This document shows, in pieces, positions 63,826 to 64,000 of a stretch of 64,000 nucleotides of DNA. Source of the stretch: Minisyncoccota bacterium (GTDB lineage Bacteria > Patescibacteriota > Minisyncoccia > Phycocordibacterales > UBA5272). The stretch is taken from assembly GCA_018062965.1 (NCBI GenBank), contig JAGORG010000005.1:604-64603 (forward strand), read 5' to 3'. The translations under genes and the position numbers were made by a program. The notes beneath the pieces were generated by a model that worked only from the letters and a program-made list of their open reading frames with translations, ran no database searches and had not been told where the DNA came from. Position 1 is the stretch's first letter; every line of letters starts with the position of its first letter.

Positions 63826-64000
63826 AAAACAACTTTATAATCACCAAGTTTAGATACTATAAGGGCATTTTCGTAGCGAGTTTTAATTGAAATATCAGCT
63901 TATTTTATAAGGTTTGTGTACAAAAATTATTGGTTCGTATTGTGAGTGGTCTGTCTATTTAGGGTGACATTTTTCAAACAAAACAGTTTTCTTTTTAAGC

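Noticed and set aside
1-64000. CRISPR arrays, rRNA genes, transposases, integrases and prophage structural genes
   Set aside because: I saw no short direct-repeat arrays, no rRNA-like conserved stretches, and no DDE transposase or tyrosine recombinase motifs while reading the window. The only RNA gene supported is tRNA-Trp.

Overview
The window looks like a compact, housekeeping-dense stretch of a small-genome bacterium with about 40-42 % GC, possibly a CPR/Patescibacteria (Saccharibacteria-like) organism. That taxonomic guess is inference: it rests on the Gram-positive-type gene set and the promoter and pilin features described below, and I cannot verify it. Recognisable genes by motif:
- cell division and envelope: ftsZ, ftsA, murA, lepB, secG, a ddl-like gene;
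- translation: hisS, glyQS, pth, rpsA, rpsU, rpmG, tRNA-Trp, tgt, rsuA, ybeY;
- replication and repair: gyrA, uvrABC, dnaE, rnhB, mutY-like, nrdAB;
- RNA decay: RNase J;
- a sugar-phosphate cluster: gap, rpiB, rpe, a split transketolase, a PfkB kinase, class II fba, malic enzyme;
- redox: trxB, peroxiredoxin;
- transporters: an ABC exporter, an MFS, two membrane-anchored solute-binding proteins.
Beyond that, five things stand out.
1. Most native genes have no Shine-Dalgarno sequence and carry a TGnTATACT/TACACT -10 box only 6-9 nt before the ATG, which suggests leaderless mRNAs.
2. Three small GC-rich islands (about 55-60 % GC) carry unknown genes that instead have consensus sigma70 promoters, strong AGGAG Shine-Dalgarno sites and their own terminators, which looks like horizontally acquired or mobile-derived DNA. 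A few other unknown genes also carry Shine-Dalgarno sites.
3. A tandem array of four paralogous VirB2/TrbC-like pilin genes follows a membrane-anchored solute-binding-like protein.
4. MurA is fused to an N-terminal HTH-XRE domain, and a perfect 18-bp palindrome sits at its promoter.
5. There is a standalone protein resembling the RNA polymerase alpha C-terminal domain.
No CRISPR array, rRNA, integrase or transposase was seen. All functional calls come from motifs read by eye, and no database search was possible.
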